A DNA stretch of 63,939 bases, the filler included, from Lenisia limosa (taxonomy: Eukaryota > Protista > Breviatea), in the NCBI GenBank assembly GCA_001655205.1. It is 18 parts of 18 records of this genome, joined end to end, with 100 filler letters (N's around TTAATTAATTAA, not from the genome) between each part and the next. Parts side by side here need not be neighbours in the genome. Positions count along the whole stretch, not along the records: positions 61,027 to 62,519 come from LPNZ01001047.1; positions 62,620 to 63,939 come from LPNZ01010029.1; 16 more parts are not named here. The stretch is one strand, 5' to 3'. A program made the translations under genes and the position numbers. Each line of letters begins with the position of its first letter. The first letter of the stretch is position 1. Below the pieces are notes generated by a model. That model was not told the DNA's origin. It saw only the letters and a program-made list of their open reading frames with translations, and searched no databases. Below, one piece after another: positions 61,027 to 63,939 of this stretch.

Positions 61027-62339
61027 AACTCCTCCTTACTCCGCAGCTCTGCTTATGGCAATCACACAGAACTTCGCTCGCAGCCATAACCTGGCGGTCA
61101 ACCAGGTGCGGGAGGGGGGTATAGAGGGTGAATTATGGCTATTGTATCATATTTGTATATTTCTGTAGTGTGTATGATGATTGAACCATCAATTGATGGT
61201 TGGTTTTTATTATTATTATTGCCGTTATTGTTGTTTGTTTCATATTTACCCCACCCCTTCAGGTATCACTACATGCGCAAGTAGAAGCCCCAGCAATCCC
61301 GCACACTGGCAAATCAGGCCCAACCTCCATTGGTAGGCACCCCCATGTTGTATTTACTGGGTGACCAATAGTTTTGTTGTTATCAACCCTTGTGTGTTGT
61401 CAGCCAACAGAGTTGNNNNNNNNNNNNNNNNNNNNNNNNNNNNNNNNNNNNNNNNNNNNNNNNNNNNNNNNNNNNNNNNNGCCTTTGTTCATTAATTATC
61501 CAATTTTACCCCCCCCCCCTAGTCCTGGAGAATCTCCGTCTTGAAGCGGCAAGTTGGGTTCCCGGATCGGGTTTGACTTCCGCTTCCGACTCCGATGACG
61601 TCTTACCCATGCCGCCGGTGCGGAGGGGGGGGGTGAAATATAGACTATGGAGGGGGGTGTTGTTGTTAAAAAAACAAAAATGTATTGAATTATGGGTGGC
61701 TGTCAAATATATAAATATCAGTTTTTGGCCTTGACCCCCTCCCCCCCGCCACCCCACTTTGTGTAATATATATGTTTTGAGGTCACAATTATTTTTTTTA
61801 GGTCAAAAATTAATCAGTGCCCAGTCAAAATTACCGTGAATTCCATCGCTTTATATTTGAATTTAGTGTCCTCCAAGCAAAATCACGGGTAAAACCATCA
61901 TTAAAAAAAATCATGGATATCTTTGACCCCAAAAAAATCATCTTATACATGTACATGTATATTTAGGACCTTATTTCGGTCGGGGGTGTAATAATGGCGG
62001 GATGGCGGGTATATGAGGGTATTAATGAGGAAATGAGGGACACCAGCCTCTTCTGTTTTAAGATAAAAAAACACTCTTGGAATAGCATCAACAAAACTGC
62101 AAAACGGAATTCGTAATACAAAGGGCTTCACCCAAGTTCGGCAAAGATCGGTATTCTATCTAAAAATGTCGAGGATTTATCGAGAAGGTCGGACTTTTCT
62201 GGATTGGAGTGAAGCGCCATTAATACGGAATCACTCTTTCAGCATATGATGTATTTTTCACACTATATTCCTCAAGCATCCTCCTCACCTCTTAGATTCG
62301 CCTTTCAGCCGCTTCTGAAGCCCTTCCGTCAATGACTGG
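61027..62339 (+). CDS. Divergent dynein heavy chain C-terminal domain (fragment)
   Basis: ALLMAITQNFARSHNLAVNQ and VLENLRLEAASWVP resemble the DHC C-domain motifs FLTAxxQNFARKxxIPID and VYIxGLFLEGARWD. Confidence 0.55.
61372..61522 (+). repeat. Intron 3'-end cassette, module A (gap inside)
   Basis: ttttgttgttatcaacccttgtgtgttgtcagccaacagagttg..tatccaattttaccccccccccctAG. Confidence 0.82.
62123..62218. mobile_element. MITE family B copy (diverged)
   Basis: gggcttcacccaagttcggcaaagatcgg..tcgaggatttatcgagaagg..ggagtgaagcgcc. Confidence 0.68.
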
Positions 62340-62519
62340 TTGGGGGGGGGGGTATACACTCTATATGGGTACTATGTTTTCTATTTATTTATGATGATGC
62401 ACCTTGATAACCACACTTATTTCGATATAAAACACTTGTGTATAACCACTCTTATCTCGATATGTTTCCACACTTCGATAACTCGCACTTTTTCTTCTTC
62501 AGTCGATATTTGTTAACCC

Positions 62520-62619
62520 NNNNNNNNNNNNNNNNNNNNNNNNNNNNNNNNNNNNNNNNNNNNTTAATTAATTAANNNNNNNNNNNNNNNNNNNNNNNNN
62601 NNNNNNNNNNNNNNNNNNN
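62520..62619. other. Artificial scaffold spacer
   Basis: 44N+TTAATTAATTAA+44N. Confidence 0.97.
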
Positions 62620-63265
62620 ATTATCCGTATTTCCGTAAATTATTATTTTCTCCACTTTAACCCGGCTATTTCAACAAAACTTAAACCAAAAACTACAACA
62701 TACAATAAATTTATAAAAACAAGTTTAAAAAATGTCTCAGTAAGGCTTTTATAGAAATTCAATTTTTGAGACGGATCAGCACAAGATCTTGTTGGAAGGT
62801 TTTTTTACAAATTAAGATGCAACATTGAAAAGTGTTATATTCTTGACCAAAACATTAGTTTTGATGATTTTATANNNNNNNNNNNNNNNNNNNNNNNNNN
62901 NNNNNNNNNNNNNNNNNNNNNNNNNNNNNNNNNNNNNNNNNNNNNNNNNNNNNNNNNNNNNNNNNNNNNNNNNNNNNNNNNNNNNNNNNNNNNNNNNNNN
63001 NNNNNNNNNNNNNNNNNNNNNNNNNNNNNNNNNNNNNNNNNNNNNNNNNNNNNNNNNNNNNNNNNNNNNNNNNNNNNNNNNNNNNNNNNNNNNNNNNNNN
63101 NNNNNNNNNNNNNNNNNNNNNNNNNNNNNNNNNNNNNNNCTGAGAAAGTTTCTGTGATTGGGTAACAAGAAAAAGTAAATATTTTGAAAGGCACTTCACA
63201 CAAAACATTTCATCTTAGCAGACAGTATTTGTCTGATCAATTACTTGTATATACATGAAGTCTAA

Positions 63266-63821
63266 ATGCCCCGAACCAAGGCCGAAGACTTTTTCCCTGT
63301 GGAAAAGGAGTTTGACAAGGAGGTATGGAAAGGTCTTCGCTCAGATGAGAAGAACAAAGCGCTGATGATTCAAAAAGTTTGGCCTGAAATGACTTCTTTT
63401 CTGAGAATGGACTCACCGAATGAAGACAATCCGTATTCCTTTGCCATCCCGAGAGTTACTTTTGAAGAGGGGCTGAAGCGCCTCCAAACCCTCATGATTG
63501 AGAATAACGGTCGAATTGAAGGGCTTCCTCAAATTACAGGATTCAAGAAAGGTGCTAAGGGTGTTTCTATTGAACACAAGAAGGAAATCCGAAATATTGC
63601 CAAAGAAATGAAAATGGTTGGTTTATTAGCGGGGGTAGGGGAGTTTATATTTCTTGAATACAGTGTTTACGTTTTAGAATGGCATGAAGCCTCTACCATC
63701 ACTACTCTCCAAAAAAATGAAGGAAGTTGCTGGAAAGGGCTCCGAGTCTCTGATCAGGCAACAACTGAAGGATATGAAAGACCCCAAGGATCTTGATATC
63801 AATAGGCAGAAGGCCAGCCAG
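63266..63821 (+). CDS. Hypothetical protein, 5' part; exons 63266-63616 and 63678-63821
   Basis: MPRTKAEDFFPVEKEF..IAKEMKM| GTTGG..tttAG |NGMKPLPSLLSKKMKEVAGKGSESLIRQQLKDMKDPKDLDINRQKASQ|. The 176-aa track ORF probably reads through an intron. Confidence 0.55.
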
Positions 63822-63939
63822 GTTAGCTGAAGTATGTTACATAAACGTAACCCTATTGTCTTAGTTGATAAAAATAATATATAACACCTATAGCCTGAAA
63901 ATACCATGCAACTTGCCCGTCTCACCAACTCCGCAATGC

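Noticed and set aside
45625-62339. Dynein gene cluster or one dynein gene across three segments
   Set aside because: The fragments are on different scaffolds and strands and include both cytoplasmic and axonemal types. Adjacency is artificial.
62620-63939. Bacterial or viral contaminant scaffold
   Set aside because: GTTGG/GTTAG donors and a tttAG acceptor give a phase-consistent second exon, matching host intron style.

Overview
This is not a contiguous locus. It is about 18 small scaffolds of an intron-rich, AT-rich eukaryote, joined by an artificial 100-bp spacer (44 N + TTAATTAATTAA + 44 N, 17 copies), so gene neighbourhoods across spacers mean nothing. The ORF track is mostly noise because exons are only 30-200 bp. 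I spliced them by hand at GT-AG boundaries in the standard code. Recognisable genes (most partial): PQ-loop transporter; a class I cyclic-nucleotide phosphodiesterase preceded by D/D-like, coiled-coil and PH-like exons; a secreted beta-propeller-like protein; KATNIP/KIAA0556; a complete selenophosphate synthetase with an in-frame Sec UGA (KG-U-GCK) and a 3'UTR SECIS; SMC2; two armadillo-repeat proteins; VPS45; two macrodomain-like fragments; cytoplasmic dynein-1 heavy chain; an RCC1-repeat protein; two further dynein heavy-chain fragments, one axonemal-type; a DUSP-domain USP; and a DUF547 protein. The organism is probably a flagellated protist. The most unusual signal is non-coding. A modular repeat family (A/C/linker) occurs at least 15 times in unrelated genes, always in the host gene's sense orientation and usually ending at the intron's 3' splice AG, as an Introner-like element would. 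There is also a ~95-bp palindromic MITE (11 copies), and many introns have G-run 5' ends and C-run 3' ends that could pair. All family assignments come from motif recall, not database searches.
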